The notes under the pieces were generated by a model. It was not told the origin of the DNA. It was given only the letters and a program-made list of their open reading frames with translations, and searched no databases. Of a stretch of 64,000 bases of DNA, positions 1 to 9,705 are shown piece after piece; positions within the stretch are counted from its first letter, which is position 1, and each line of letters begins with the position of its first letter. Location of the stretch: assembly GCA_016215325.1 (NCBI GenBank), contig JACRJV010000026.1, positions 31,955-95,954 on the forward strand, in the 5' to 3' direction. Source of the stretch: Candidatus Uhrbacteria bacterium (lineage in GTDB: Bacteria > Patescibacteriota > Patescibacteriia > JACRJV01). A program made the position numbers and the translations under genes.

Positions 1-573
1 CGAATCGGTTGCCGCAGAAACATGGCCCACAGCAGAGAGCGCCTCTTGGATAATATGCTGTTTTTGGGATTCAACATTCGGGATGCTTTGGGCAACTGAT
101 GCCGCAACCATCACCACCATGCCAAGGGTGATCACGACCAATAATTCTTTAGGCAGTGACGGAAGGAACGGATGATCTTGCAGCGCCCGCCAGAGCGCTT
201 GGCCGTGATCGGGCGATCCTTCTTCTCGACTGCTGCGCCACTGCCGATGCGTATCGCGTACGGCGCGAACCAATTGCAACGGGCTCTTGATGATCACAAT
301 GCTCCACATCCGTGCCCCGTGCATGGCTCGCGAAACAACCGCAAAGAGCCGACTGCCGATATTCCAATCGAATTCCGAGGGAGTCCACTGGGATTTGGTC
401 GACTCAAAAAAATCGAACGCCGGAGAGTGCGGTTCGGGCGCAGCGTGCTCGGGCGCTCGATTTGCCGACCGTAAATCAACCACATGCGGACTGGCTTGTC
501 CGGCCGCATTGGAGTGTGTTCCGCTGCCACTACGTACGCGGATTCGCGGTTGTGAATAATGAGGGCGATCCAT
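1..573 (-). CDS. hypothetical protein, N-terminal part (gene runs off window start); one predicted TM segment
   Basis: Manual translation of minus strand from ATG at 573 gives an open frame to position 1 (MDRPHYSQPRIRV...LLVVITLGMVVMVAASVAQ...). It is not in the ORF track because there is no in-window stop. Composition at the N-terminus is weakly protein-like. Confidence 0.25.
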   Translation of the reverse strand, partial: MDRPHYSQPRIRVRSGSGTHSNAAGQASPHVVDLRSANRAPEHAAPEPHSPAFDFFESTKSQWTPSEFDWNIGSRLFAVVSRAMHGARMWSIVIIKSPLQLVRAVRDTHRQWRSSREEGSPDHGQALWRALQDHPFLPSLPKELLVVITLGMVVMVAASVAQSIPNVESQKQHIIQEALSAVGHVSAATDS

Positions 574-586
574 GGTGATCAGGGTG

Positions 587-913
587 TCAGTGTGTTTGAA
601 GAGCGCCTAAGGCAGCGTCATCAAGGCGTTGCCAATCATCCCCTGCCCAACGGTAGAGCTCGAATACGGTGACTGTTTCATCGGCAGAATAGGTAGGTTC
701 GACAATCACCGGCGCCCCGGCGCGCCGGTTGTATGTGGTATGAGCCCCCAAAAATTTCGGCTTGATCACAAAAACCAACTTCATCTTCCCCGCTGGTGTC
801 GCCGTAATCACAGTCTGGGTGGTTGTTTGATCCGTTTGTTGAGAGTCTTCTTGCTCAATCCACCCTTGTTTACGCAATTGCTCCACCAATTGATCCCATC
901 GTTCTTGGGTCAT
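587..913 (-). CDS. hypothetical protein (ORF extends to 991; internal Met MTQERWDQLVEQLRK is the likely start)
   Basis: ORF track 587..991. No recognisable domain. Confidence 0.35.
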   Translation of the reverse strand: MTQERWDQLVEQLRKQGWIEQEDSQQTDQTTTQTVITATPAGKMKLVFVIKPKFLGAHTTYNRRAGAPVIVEPTYSADETVTVFELYRWAGDDWQRLDDAALGALQTH

Positions 914-991
914 AGAGAAATTGTAACCAAAAACTGTTAAGACGATCTCGCTTAACAGTTGTATTATACCACAAACCTCGTTCAGACACAC

Positions 992-2821
992 TCACGGGGT
1001 TGGACTGTCCACAGCAGGTATGCTCTCTGATGGGGCCGCCTCCGGCGCTGCCGGGGGTTTGGGCACTCCAACCAAGAATTGCTCTGGCCAAGGGCAGTAG
1101 AAGCTTTTGAAAACCTTGGTTTCGACACGACCATCCGGATAATTGATGGTATAAGTGGCGACAGCAGAACCGCCCGGATGCGCGCGCTCAATCTGTTTGA
1201 CCTTGCCTTCGGGCAGCGTTTCGGTAGGGATGCGAATCGCCGGACCTGCGGGACTGGTGGTGAGCGTTGTCGGCCCTTCGATCGTTGACGTGCGGCCATC
1301 CGTGGTACCGTAAAATTCAAACACAACTCTGGTGCCGCTCACATAACCGTGCAACAGCATCGGACTGCCCGTATCATTAACGAAGCGGAAATCGGGGTTT
1401 GGGCTATAGATGGTCGCATCCAATCCCGGACCAATGGTGTTGCCATCACCATCTTTTTCGTAATAGCTTACGCGGTAGGAATGATTTTGGCGAGCGGTGA
1501 TAGGCAACCCCGCATTCATTACGGCGCGGAAGAGGGTTGTGGAAACTTGGCACAGCCCTCCGCCGAATTCTGGTATGGTCCGATTCTGTTTGATGACCAG
1601 CTCGGGAAGATACCCCGTGGTGTTATCAATGCGGCCCAGCGCCTTAATGGTGGAAAACTCTTCGCCCGGAGCAATGAGAAGCCCATTCAAAAATTTGACC
1701 CCGTTTTTGATGTTGCTGATACGGTTCGGGGGGCTGCCGGCAAACGACGTCACCGCTCGGCCAATGAGTTCGCGGATGCCGCTGGCTTGGGCTTGAGCAT
1801 TAAACCCGGTGGGTTTCGCAATTTGGATATCCAAGGAGACCGCATCGTCGGATGGAGCGGCCGGGACATCGCGCCGGAGCTCCAGTGCCGCAATGATGTC
1901 AGCGATAGCTCTTTCCTGATCAAGGACACGGCCCGCGACCGGGGGCTCAAACTCAATGACCTTTTTCCCTTCGATCACTAACTTGGGCTCGCGCGGCTCG
2001 ACAGTAAGGCCGGACGCAAGGCGCGCGACGTATTGGCTCACGACCTGGCGGTCGACCTCGGCCACCAACTGGCGATCGCGAGAGCCGGAAGCCAACCATG
2101 AGCCGATTTGCTCCGGAGCAATGACGATTCCCTCATGCTCGGGAATAGTACTCTTAATCTGGAGCGGCCGACCGATCATGGAACGGGCCCCTTCGAGCGC
2201 AGCCGAGACGCTCCCCAAATCAATAACCGGTTCTTGGACAATAGTTTCAATGTTCAAACGAGGGGATTCGATCTGCTGGAGCAAGCGCGTGACTTGTTCA
2301 AGCAGCGCTTCACGATCAATCGCTCGGCCAGGCTGGGTATCCGTGGCCACCTCAACATTGCCGGCATTTACGACCAAGCGCACGTCACGCAAAGGATAGT
2401 CAACGCGCAGTGCAATTGCATCAATCACCGACACTACGGCATCGCGATTCACCTTTACCAGTGGATCGACTGTTACCCCCCCAGCCATCGCCGCAACGAC
2501 CCCCCGCACTCGTTGGGCCAATGTCCCGGACCGACCCACGCCAACGGCTTGAGCAACCGAAGTATCTACATCAACCGCATATCCAACACTCTCCAGTGCG
2601 ATGGGGTACGATGCGCCATCGACGGTGATAGTGGCCCCCTCTTGCAAAACAGTGTTGGTGCGAGTCTCGACGGCCTGCCGAGCCTGCGCCGCTGTCAGTC
2701 CCCCGACCGGGACAGATCCCACCTGCACGCTCGGCAAAATGCGCCCAGAAAACAAAAACACACTCGCCCCGGCGATCGCCACAACGATGACGCTACTAAC
2801 AATCCAGAAAGTGGGTTTCAC
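992..2821 (-). CDS. VanW domain-containing protein with N-terminal signal anchor (ORF extends to 2986; GTG at 2821 gives a K-P-T-F-W-IVSSVIVVAIAGASVFLF membrane-anchor start)
   Basis: C-terminal region YSYRVSYYEKDGDGNTIGPGLDATIYSPNPDFRFVNDTGSPMLLHGY is VanW-like. An N-terminal TM helix is present. The upstream 5' extension overlaps divergent gene 2907..3563 and is Cys-rich/AT-rich, so it is unlikely to be coding. Confidence 0.6.
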   Translation of the reverse strand: MKPTFWIVSSVIVVAIAGASVFLFSGRILPSVQVGSVPVGGLTAAQARQAVETRTNTVLQEGATITVDGASYPIALESVGYAVDVDTSVAQAVGVGRSGTLAQRVRGVVAAMAGGVTVDPLVKVNRDAVVSVIDAIALRVDYPLRDVRLVVNAGNVEVATDTQPGRAIDREALLEQVTRLLQQIESPRLNIETIVQEPVIDLGSVSAALEGARSMIGRPLQIKSTIPEHEGIVIAPEQIGSWLASGSRDRQLVAEVDRQVVSQYVARLASGLTVEPREPKLVIEGKKVIEFEPPVAGRVLDQERAIADIIAALELRRDVPAAPSDDAVSLDIQIAKPTGFNAQAQASGIRELIGRAVTSFAGSPPNRISNIKNGVKFLNGLLIAPGEEFSTIKALGRIDNTTGYLPELVIKQNRTIPEFGGGLCQVSTTLFRAVMNAGLPITARQNHSYRVSYYEKDGDGNTIGPGLDATIYSPNPDFRFVNDTGSPMLLHGYVSGTRVVFEFYGTTDGRTSTIEGPTTLTTSPAGPAIRIPTETLPEGKVKQIERAHPGGSAVATYTINYPDGRVETKVFKSFYCPWPEQFLVGVPKPPAAPEAAPSESIPAVDSPTP

Positions 2822-2906
2822 AATACTATGGTGAGGATTATGTTGTATACTATCACCATATAATCCACATATCAACGCCCTGCCCAAAATATTAACACAC
2901 AAGCTT

Positions 2907-3563
2907 ATGTTGATATATGGCATCACCATGCAGGGGAAAAAGGAAGAAGTGCCCTCCGACGTTGCGGCATGGTTGGTTGATCGCATGAAAAAATATCCAA
3001 CGGTGGATTTTACAATTGATCGCGATGAAATGACGCGATTGAGTCCGCAACATCGAGAGCAAACGGCTGAGCTGATGAAGAAATTTTCTCGATTCTTTTA
3101 TCCCGAGCATAAGACGAGAGGAGAGAATGGTGTTCTTATAGTTGTCTTCCCGTACCAAAACGAAATATGGAGTGTACGGATCACCGGCGGCTTAGACGGC
3201 GAAGGAAATATCATTGGAAGGAGCGATCCTGAAATCAATACGAAGCTAAAACGACCGCTCCCTGCGCAACTGCGAAATGATATTGCAGGACTAACGGAAG
3301 AGAAAAATATTGAACAAGTCCAAGTCGGCGGCAACGAGGGCTTCAGGGCAAAAGTAAGAAGAGAAGATGAGCCATTGTTGAGCGAGCCAAGGGAGTTTTT
3401 TCCACTGCCGGCAGAACTCAAATGGTTATCGGAGATGACGATGAGCGGTGAACAATTCAATAATTTGATGAGTAGCCCCGAGAAAAAAGAGAGGGTAGTA
3501 AAGGCGTTGTACGAAAAAGATTGGGGTGCCTTACGAAAACTGAGAGGCGAGGAGTTGCCTTGA
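2907..3563 (+). CDS. hypothetical protein
   Basis: 218-aa ORF on the plus strand with protein-like composition, divergent from the VanW gene. No recognisable motif. Confidence 0.45.
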   Translation: MLIYGITMQGKKEEVPSDVAAWLVDRMKKYPTVDFTIDRDEMTRLSPQHREQTAELMKKFSRFFYPEHKTRGENGVLIVVFPYQNEIWSVRITGGLDGEGNIIGRSDPEINTKLKRPLPAQLRNDIAGLTEEKNIEQVQVGGNEGFRAKVRREDEPLLSEPREFFPLPAELKWLSEMTMSGEQFNNLMSSPEKKERVVKALYEKDWGALRKLRGEELP

Positions 3564-3617
3564 ATACAAAAACCAGCGCCCATCGGGTACGCTCAGCGCA
3601 TCTTTCGGCGTTTTTGT

Positions 3618-4493
3618 CTACCGTGAACGGACTTGGGCTTGACTCTTGGCCGACCGGCCGAACGCCGCGATCACATAGCCGGTGGTGTACGATGGGGATC
3701 CCCCGAGCTGGGCAGAGTTGACTACATCAAACACTTGCGCTGTTGTGGCCCCTCGGGCTTTGACAAAGGAGAGCAGCGCCGCAAGGCTCTGCTGGGAATC
3801 CGTGTCGACCAATTCCACCGCATCGACAGCAAGAGTTTTTAATAATTGCGCGCTCTTGCGCTCGCGGGCGGCGGCGGATTCTGCCGAATGATAATGCGAG
3901 AAGTCAATACTGGCGATCACGATTGCGTCCTTTGGCAACACCCGTGCAAGGGTCTTGCCCAATGCTTGGGCTTGGGCCACAGAATACGTCGAAGAGATCG
4001 CAATGGGGACAATCCGTGCCCCGGGGAATATCGCAGCAATCGGCTGCACTTGGGAATAGATGGAATGTTCAATGTTAAACAGTGCGGAGGTTTCTGGCAG
4101 CGGTACCTGCTGTTGGAGTGTTGTAATTGCTCCCCGATCCGCCTGCACAATCCCAAAGCGTGTTTGAAATGAATCGGTGGTCGTCACGATCGGCCACCCC
4201 CCAATGTCCTGGTGATTCGGCCCCAAGACCACAAACGTTCGCGGGCGAGTCAGAGCCGACAACCCCTTGTACAATGCAATGTTCAAGCCCATGGCATTGG
4301 GAATGTGATGGCTCACGATTGCGCCGTCCACGCGCGAGAATCCCAAAACAGAATACGGACGACGGCCACCGTTGTTGCGCGTGAGCAACCGCTCAACAAC
4401 CGAATCACGCACATCATGCACCCGCACGGCACGGGAAGGCAGTGCGGGTGCAGTGAGTACGATTGCGCTCAGCAGCACGGCAGAGAGCATCAT
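3618..4493 (-). CDS. MEMO1 family protein (AmmeMemoRadiSam system protein B-like) with predicted N-terminal signal peptide
   Basis: Motifs GPNH, EHS, SIDFSHYH match the MEMO1/LigB-like fold signature. N-terminus MMLSAVLLSAIVLTAPALPSRA is signal-peptide-like. The ATGA at 4490-4493 overlaps the stop of the upstream giant gene (translational coupling). Confidence 0.7.
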   Translation of the reverse strand: MMLSAVLLSAIVLTAPALPSRAVRVHDVRDSVVERLLTRNNGGRRPYSVLGFSRVDGAIVSHHIPNAMGLNIALYKGLSALTRPRTFVVLGPNHQDIGGWPIVTTTDSFQTRFGIVQADRGAITTLQQQVPLPETSALFNIEHSIYSQVQPIAAIFPGARIVPIAISSTYSVAQAQALGKTLARVLPKDAIVIASIDFSHYHSAESAAARERKSAQLLKTLAVDAVELVDTDSQQSLAALLSFVKARGATTAQVFDVVNSAQLGGSPSYTTGYVIAAFGRSAKSQAQVRSR

Positions 4494-7400
4494 TGGATGA
4501 CAAATGGATTATCCGGACCAAAGTTGTACTGATCGGGGTGCAGAATCCCGCGGATATTAGGGCCGTCTGCACGGAAGGTTCCTTGCTGGACCGCACGGGC
4601 ACGGTACACCACCGTCTGGGTGTTGCTGCCCCGCGGACCTTTGCCCACATGCAGGCGAACGATTTGGCCCTCGATTTCTTGGATGCCAACAATGCGCACG
4701 TCTTCGTCCTGCCGTCCCCCATCACCGAAATAGGTGATCGCGGAGGTGGGCTTGAGCCCTGAAGGCAAGTAGTCGGTGATCACATAGTCATTCTCCTCAC
4801 TACTCGGATCGATGCGATAGGTGAGGACCACATCCACCGTATCACCGACTCGCGTGACTGCCCCACCGCTGCTGCGATTACGATACCGGCGCTCAACCGA
4901 TAGTTTTGGATTGCGCGCCCCGTCATAGGTAACGGCCGGGAGGCGGGCGAACGAAACAACAGATGCAGAACCCTTGAGGTTCTTAATCGACAATTGTGAA
5001 AGTTCTTCCGCGGTGACTTCGACCGACTGATCACGCACCTGCCCATCCAGGCGCACGGCAATGGTGCGGGAACCGGCAACCAAATCAAACGTGGTCTCGG
5101 TCGATGGTGGCGCCGAAATACCCTGTGCGCGTACCCGAGCGGCTGCCCACAGCTCAAAATCGATCAAGTCTGAATCCCCTGCCCGTGCCTTACTATAGGC
5201 GTATTCAGAAAGCGCTTGGGCATCGGGGCTGCCAACAGCGATCGCCACGCTCACGGCCAATGCGCTCTGACGCAATGTCTGGACCTGATTGTCCCCGGGG
5301 ATCACGGCACTGGCGGCTTCGCGTGTAATCGATGGAGCAATGTGATCCTCAAAAATTGCCCGGGACTGATCGGTGGCACCCAAATTTTGGAAGCTTGCGG
5401 CAAGATAAATCCAATCTCCGACCGAAAGATCAGAACGCGAAGATAATTGCTCCAACTGTGGGAGGATTGCTGCCCGGACGGCGGAGAGGCCGTAGAATAC
5501 TTTTGCCGCAATGTGGACATCGCCAGTTTCTCCCGCTGCTATCTGTGAGAGCAAATATCGTTTTACCGACCCGGAATCATACAGGGTAGATTGGGGCAGA
5601 GCATTGACAAGACCAATGGTGGCATCCAAGTCACTGCTGCCATACGGCACGACAGCAACACCGCCATCCGGTTGTCTGTACGGGGTAATATCGGCCGTGT
5701 CCGCCGCGGGCGCGCTGCAGGACTGTTGGAAGTTCGGCAACAGTTCTTTGGCGACGCGGGGGCCCACCTCCCATTCGAGCCGCACGCCATCCGCATAGCA
5801 GGATTGCTGGAGATGGCTGACCAACGCGGCATCAGTTTGGTCGATAATGGTGAGTGTTGTGGTGCCGCTGGGGTTGCCCTTGATTGATAGTTTGCCGTCC
5901 TTGACCGATTGGCGATCCACTCGAAGTGCAACTTTATGCGAGCGGCGCACAGATATAACGCGCTCGATCGCATCGCGAAGCCCACCGGCAATGCCTTCAA
6001 TCGACACGCGGTGTTCCCCTTCAGGCAAAGCGCCCAAGGGAATATTGACCTGCGCAGTGCCGCTGACTGTTTTATCCAGGTTGAGCGTCGGACTTTTAAT
6101 GGAATATTGGACAGTGCTGGGGGGTTGCCCAGTGGCGGTTGCAGAGCGCACGACCATCACCGGTGCATCGCCCACAAGATACACTTCATTGAGAATCGAC
6201 CGGACAAAAAATGGCAAGTTGGTCGTAATCGATTTTATCGCAGACCCAAAATACAGATCACTGCTGGCCGCCTGCAACCGCACCCTCCAACCGGTGAGGT
6301 TGTCGGGCAGAGGAATCGTGAATTCGGTGCGTCCGTCGTTGTCGGTATCCTGCGTTGCCACAAATGCGGTATTCTTAAAATTCTTGCGTACATCCCCCAC
6401 CGGCAACCCACGGCTCCCATCCCCGCCCCCGCGTTCGGCACCCAACTGGTTGCCAGAAAACCCATACCGCAATTCAAACGGATGGGAAGTGCGCGTCTGG
6501 ATATCATAGACAAACCCGCGATAAGTTTCGGTCAGCACAGTATCGTCATACCCATAGAGGCTATAGAGTGCTTCGTCCACGAGGGTGAGTTCGGTGTTGG
6601 AAAGCTTGCCCTGCCCATCCGGCGTGGTCACCCGAGCGCGCGCCACGGCGCGATCCCCCGGGCGGTACGACGCTTTATCAAATTGGAGATCAATCGTGAG
6701 CTTGCGATCCTCCGTATCAAGCGAAAACGTGGCTTGCTCAATCCGTTGGAATCCCCGCGGCCCCCAAAATATTCCGCCGACCACCAACGTCGGGATGTCC
6801 CGCGCCAAAAATGTGTCTTTATAATTTGCTTCTGTTTGGACGGTGACGGATTCGATCCCAGAGCCCGATGCACGATATAGCAATACCTGCTGACCCGCGA
6901 TGGCAACCGGCTCGTTGCGTTCGTTAACGACCTGGGCTGTTATGGGCTGGCCGACCTTATAGAGTGCAGGAGTCCATTGGTCTTTACTATTGGCCAATAC
7001 CGGGTTCACGCGCAGATAACCGGGCTGTTGATCGGTGTCGCTCGATCGCAAGAACGAAGAAAAATACCACCCGGAAACATACCGATGCTCAAGAACCAGA
7101 CGGCCATTTGGGTCCACAGTCGAAAAACTCACTTTATACCAACCGTTTGTTTTTTTCACTGTCACAGAATAATCAACAGCCCCATTGCTATTGGTAAGCA
7201 AAGGGGGATGAGCCACCGCTACTTCTTCGACGCGCTCGACATACTCATGCACCGGATAGGTTGTCTTGGTAATAGGGTCAAACCGGCGTTCTTTGACGAC
7301 GGCTTCGGTCCAATGGTAATCAACGGTCACGTTGATTGTTGCATTTGCAAGCGGTGAGCCGACATAGTTCGTTTCGGCTGGTTTCGACAAATCGATCGTT

Positions 7401-9547
7401 GATGTCTTCACGTGGAACGTCGTTGTTTTCTCCTTCTGCTCGCTGTCGATATCCATCATAATAGTCGGCCCATAGACGCCGAACGATGCGCTCGCCGTAA
7501 TCTCCGCTTCTTCTTGTTCTACCGGCGAAACAGATAGATAGGCATAGTACGGGTACGATGTGGTCAGCACATATTGGGGCTTGAGCCGGAGCACGGCGTT
7601 ACCGGAAGCATCCAATCGCACTCGCCCGGTTACGCTCTGGGGAATATTGCCAGAGTATTGGAGATCCATGAGCCCCACTGGTTCGCCGCTAAAAAAACGC
7701 GCTTGAATATCGAGAGCGATTTCATCACCGACAAACAGTGCGTCTCGTTTCGGCATGACGGTGATTTGATACGAAGGCTTCGTGAACGTGGCGACTTCAA
7801 TGCCTTTATCCAAGAGCACTTGATCACCCTGGCGCATGCGCACGGAGTAATACCCCGGTTTGAGGGTATTGATCGCGAGTTTCCCGCTGAAGGTGTTTTG
7901 ACGACTGATTCGACCCGTTGTGGTGGCATAGACAGGAATTGACTGTGACTCGCCCCCCGGCCCGAAGTATTGATTGTACAACCCTTCAAACCCCCAAAAC
8001 TGTTGGTCAATGAGCTCGATCGTCACTTCCTGGTCGGCCATCGTTTTGCCGGGGGCGCTCACAACACCCCAAACCCACACCTCATCGGTGGGCAAATACA
8101 TCTTTCGATCGGTGGAAAGAAAACTGTACATGCGCTCCTGGGGCGCAACACGGACATCATCCACCGGAATAAACGCCACATCAGTGCCAGCGCTCACTTG
8201 CACCAGCGCACCGATCCCATGGGCGCTGCTGGATGCCTCCCGCTCTGGAGGTGATGAATATTTCCATTGTTCAGGCGTAGCAAACTGCGCAACCCCCCGG
8301 TCATCGGTTTGCGCGAGTGGCACAGAGGAACTCGCCACGGTGGCGTTGGCAACGCCCGTGGATTCGTCTATTTTACGGACCCAGAGCACGGATTGCGATT
8401 CGCTCACTGACAGCGCCGTGTGCAATGGAGTCACCTGGAACCACAAAAATTGACCCCCACCGGTGGCCTGGGGTGCCATCAACAGATACTGCCCGCCCTG
8501 GAGGCTTGTTGGCAAGACCAGCCGTGCCGATGTTTGGCTTTCTTCCTCTGCAGTAAAGGTTGCTGCAAAGGTGCTTACGCGGTTGCGTTCAGGCGGCGCG
8601 TACCGGGGATTGTAGAGACCATAGATACTCCATTGATTCTCGAAGATCATGGATTTCTTCCATTCTTGCTCAAATTCAGACGGATCAAAACGATAGAGTT
8701 CAAAATTCCACTTACGCTTGAGGGCATGCTCATTAACCGAAACGTAAAATGTTGGGCTTTGGCGATCAAAATCGGGCAACGTGCTATCGCTATAGATATA
8801 CCAATAGCTTGGATCCTTCGATTCTTGAGCACCAGGGGTTGTTGCCGGATCTGCCTCTGTTTCGAACGAAACAACAATATCATCGGAGAGCGTATCCTTC
8901 CCATCTTGCTTGGGGAGGGCCGCAAAACCGCTCTTTAACCGGAATGTATAGACCGTGCGGTACTGAAGCTTCTGCTGCGGCGTAACAACAACTCGATTAT
9001 TGTCGACCTCCACTGCTGCGGGTATTGCGGGATCCAAACTCCAAAGACCATCGACTGAACCCAATTGCGGGCGATTGAATTGGAGCTCGATGCCGGTATC
9101 AATGGGCACGCGGGTTGCCAGATGCCGCGGAACCGAAGAAATAAGCGCCAAATTCGATTTGGTTTGGATCGCAAAGGAAACCGGTGCGGCAGAGCCGTTA
9201 GCAGCCGCCAAGGCAATGGTATATACGGTGTTTTCTTTCAGCGGCGCGTTGGCCGTAATTTCAAAAATGTTGGACGTTTGCGCAACGGGCTTGACAGTGA
9301 CATCTGTTGCAGGGGTCACGCGCAAATTCTCCTGCACCTGGACGCTGGTCATCGCGCCTTCGGTCTGTAAATAAATTTTACTGTTTGCGTCCATGATGCG
9401 GCTGGTATTGCCAATCGCGGTGGTATAGAGTTGATACCCCCCAGAGGCCACGGGCTTACTCCCCTTCCGCATTGCCAGAAACCCTCCGGCAACAATCAAC
9501 AACAAGACAACGATCACAGTGAGTGTTCGTTTTATGCCATGAGACAT
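4490..9547 (-). CDS. alpha-2-macroglobulin family large surface protein with N-terminal membrane anchor and apparent thioester-less TED (ORF extends to 9598)
   Basis: About 1700 aa; N-terminal TM TLTVIVVLLLIVAGG. A2M-domain-like block NLTGWRVRLQAASSDLYFGSAIKSITTNLPFFVRSILNEVYLVGD. Helical TED-like region where PYGSSDLDAT sits in place of PxGCGEQxM. C-terminal VITDYLPSGLKP resembles the bacterial A2M MG10/RBD motif (xxEDxLPAGxE). The size fits ECAM/YfhM-type proteins. Confidence 0.55.
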   Translation of the reverse strand: MSHGIKRTLTVIVVLLLIVAGGFLAMRKGSKPVASGGYQLYTTAIGNTSRIMDANSKIYLQTEGAMTSVQVQENLRVTPATDVTVKPVAQTSNIFEITANAPLKENTVYTIALAAANGSAAPVSFAIQTKSNLALISSVPRHLATRVPIDTGIELQFNRPQLGSVDGLWSLDPAIPAAVEVDNNRVVVTPQQKLQYRTVYTFRLKSGFAALPKQDGKDTLSDDIVVSFETEADPATTPGAQESKDPSYWYIYSDSTLPDFDRQSPTFYVSVNEHALKRKWNFELYRFDPSEFEQEWKKSMIFENQWSIYGLYNPRYAPPERNRVSTFAATFTAEEESQTSARLVLPTSLQGGQYLLMAPQATGGGQFLWFQVTPLHTALSVSESQSVLWVRKIDESTGVANATVASSSVPLAQTDDRGVAQFATPEQWKYSSPPEREASSSAHGIGALVQVSAGTDVAFIPVDDVRVAPQERMYSFLSTDRKMYLPTDEVWVWGVVSAPGKTMADQEVTIELIDQQFWGFEGLYNQYFGPGGESQSIPVYATTTGRISRQNTFSGKLAINTLKPGYYSVRMRQGDQVLLDKGIEVATFTKPSYQITVMPKRDALFVGDEIALDIQARFFSGEPVGLMDLQYSGNIPQSVTGRVRLDASGNAVLRLKPQYVLTTSYPYYAYLSVSPVEQEEAEITASASFGVYGPTIMMDIDSEQKEKTTTFHVKTSTIDLSKPAETNYVGSPLANATINVTVDYHWTEAVVKERRFDPITKTTYPVHEYVERVEEVAVAHPPLLTNSNGAVDYSVTVKKTNGWYKVSFSTVDPNGRLVLEHRYVSGWYFSSFLRSSDTDQQPGYLRVNPVLANSKDQWTPALYKVGQPITAQVVNERNEPVAIAGQQVLLYRASGSGIESVTVQTEANYKDTFLARDIPTLVVGGIFWGPRGFQRIEQATFSLDTEDRKLTIDLQFDKASYRPGDRAVARARVTTPDGQGKLSNTELTLVDEALYSLYGYDDTVLTETYRGFVYDIQTRTSHPFELRYGFSGNQLGAERGGGDGSRGLPVGDVRKNFKNTAFVATQDTDNDGRTEFTIPLPDNLTGWRVRLQAASSDLYFGSAIKSITTNLPFFVRSILNEVYLVGDAPVMVVRSATATGQPPSTVQYSIKSPTLNLDKTVSGTAQVNIPLGALPEGEHRVSIEGIAGGLRDAIERVISVRRSHKVALRVDRQSVKDGKLSIKGNPSGTTTLTIIDQTDAALVSHLQQSCYADGVRLEWEVGPRVAKELLPNFQQSCSAPAADTADITPYRQPDGGVAVVPYGSSDLDATIGLVNALPQSTLYDSGSVKRYLLSQIAAGETGDVHIAAKVFYGLSAVRAAILPQLEQLSSRSDLSVGDWIYLAASFQNLGATDQSRAIFEDHIAPSITREAASAVIPGDNQVQTLRQSALAVSVAIAVGSPDAQALSEYAYSKARAGDSDLIDFELWAAARVRAQGISAPPSTETTFDLVAGSRTIAVRLDGQVRDQSVEVTAEELSQLSIKNLKGSASVVSFARLPAVTYDGARNPKLSVERRYRNRSSGGAVTRVGDTVDVVLTYRIDPSSEENDYVITDYLPSGLKPTSAITYFGDGGRQDEDVRIVGIQEIEGQIVRLHVGKGPRGSNTQTVVYRARAVQQGTFRADGPNIRGILHPDQYNFGPDNPFVIQ

Positions 9548-9641
9548 AGGATGATCGCCGGTAATACCGGGAGTGCGAAGAAATAAGCCTACTCGCACAA
9601 TATCATTTTTTTTCGTATAATGGCAACATCAATGCAATATC

Positions 9642-9699
9642 AAATTTCCAATTACCAAAACATTGTCAGTGGAAATTAGACATTAGAAATTGGAAATTT
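9642..9699. repeat. 12-bp perfect inverted repeat (aaatttccaatt / aattggaaattt) with 34-nt spacer, ending 7 nt before the ATG of the 7TM gene; contains the ACATTAGAAATTGG leader motif
   Basis: Read directly: 9642-9653 is the reverse complement of 9688-9699. Confidence 0.6.
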
Positions 9700-9705
9700 C
9701 GTGCT

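Noticed and set aside
1349-2863. Plus-strand ORFs 1349..1981 and 2108..2863 antisense to the VanW gene; similar antisense ORFs inside A2M (5909..6880), HlyD (24173..25508), dnaG (34248..34961), HAD/holin (41991..42712) and the helicase (49291..50049)
   Set aside because: All lie entirely within stronger, motif-bearing genes on the opposite strand and have biased, low-complexity composition.
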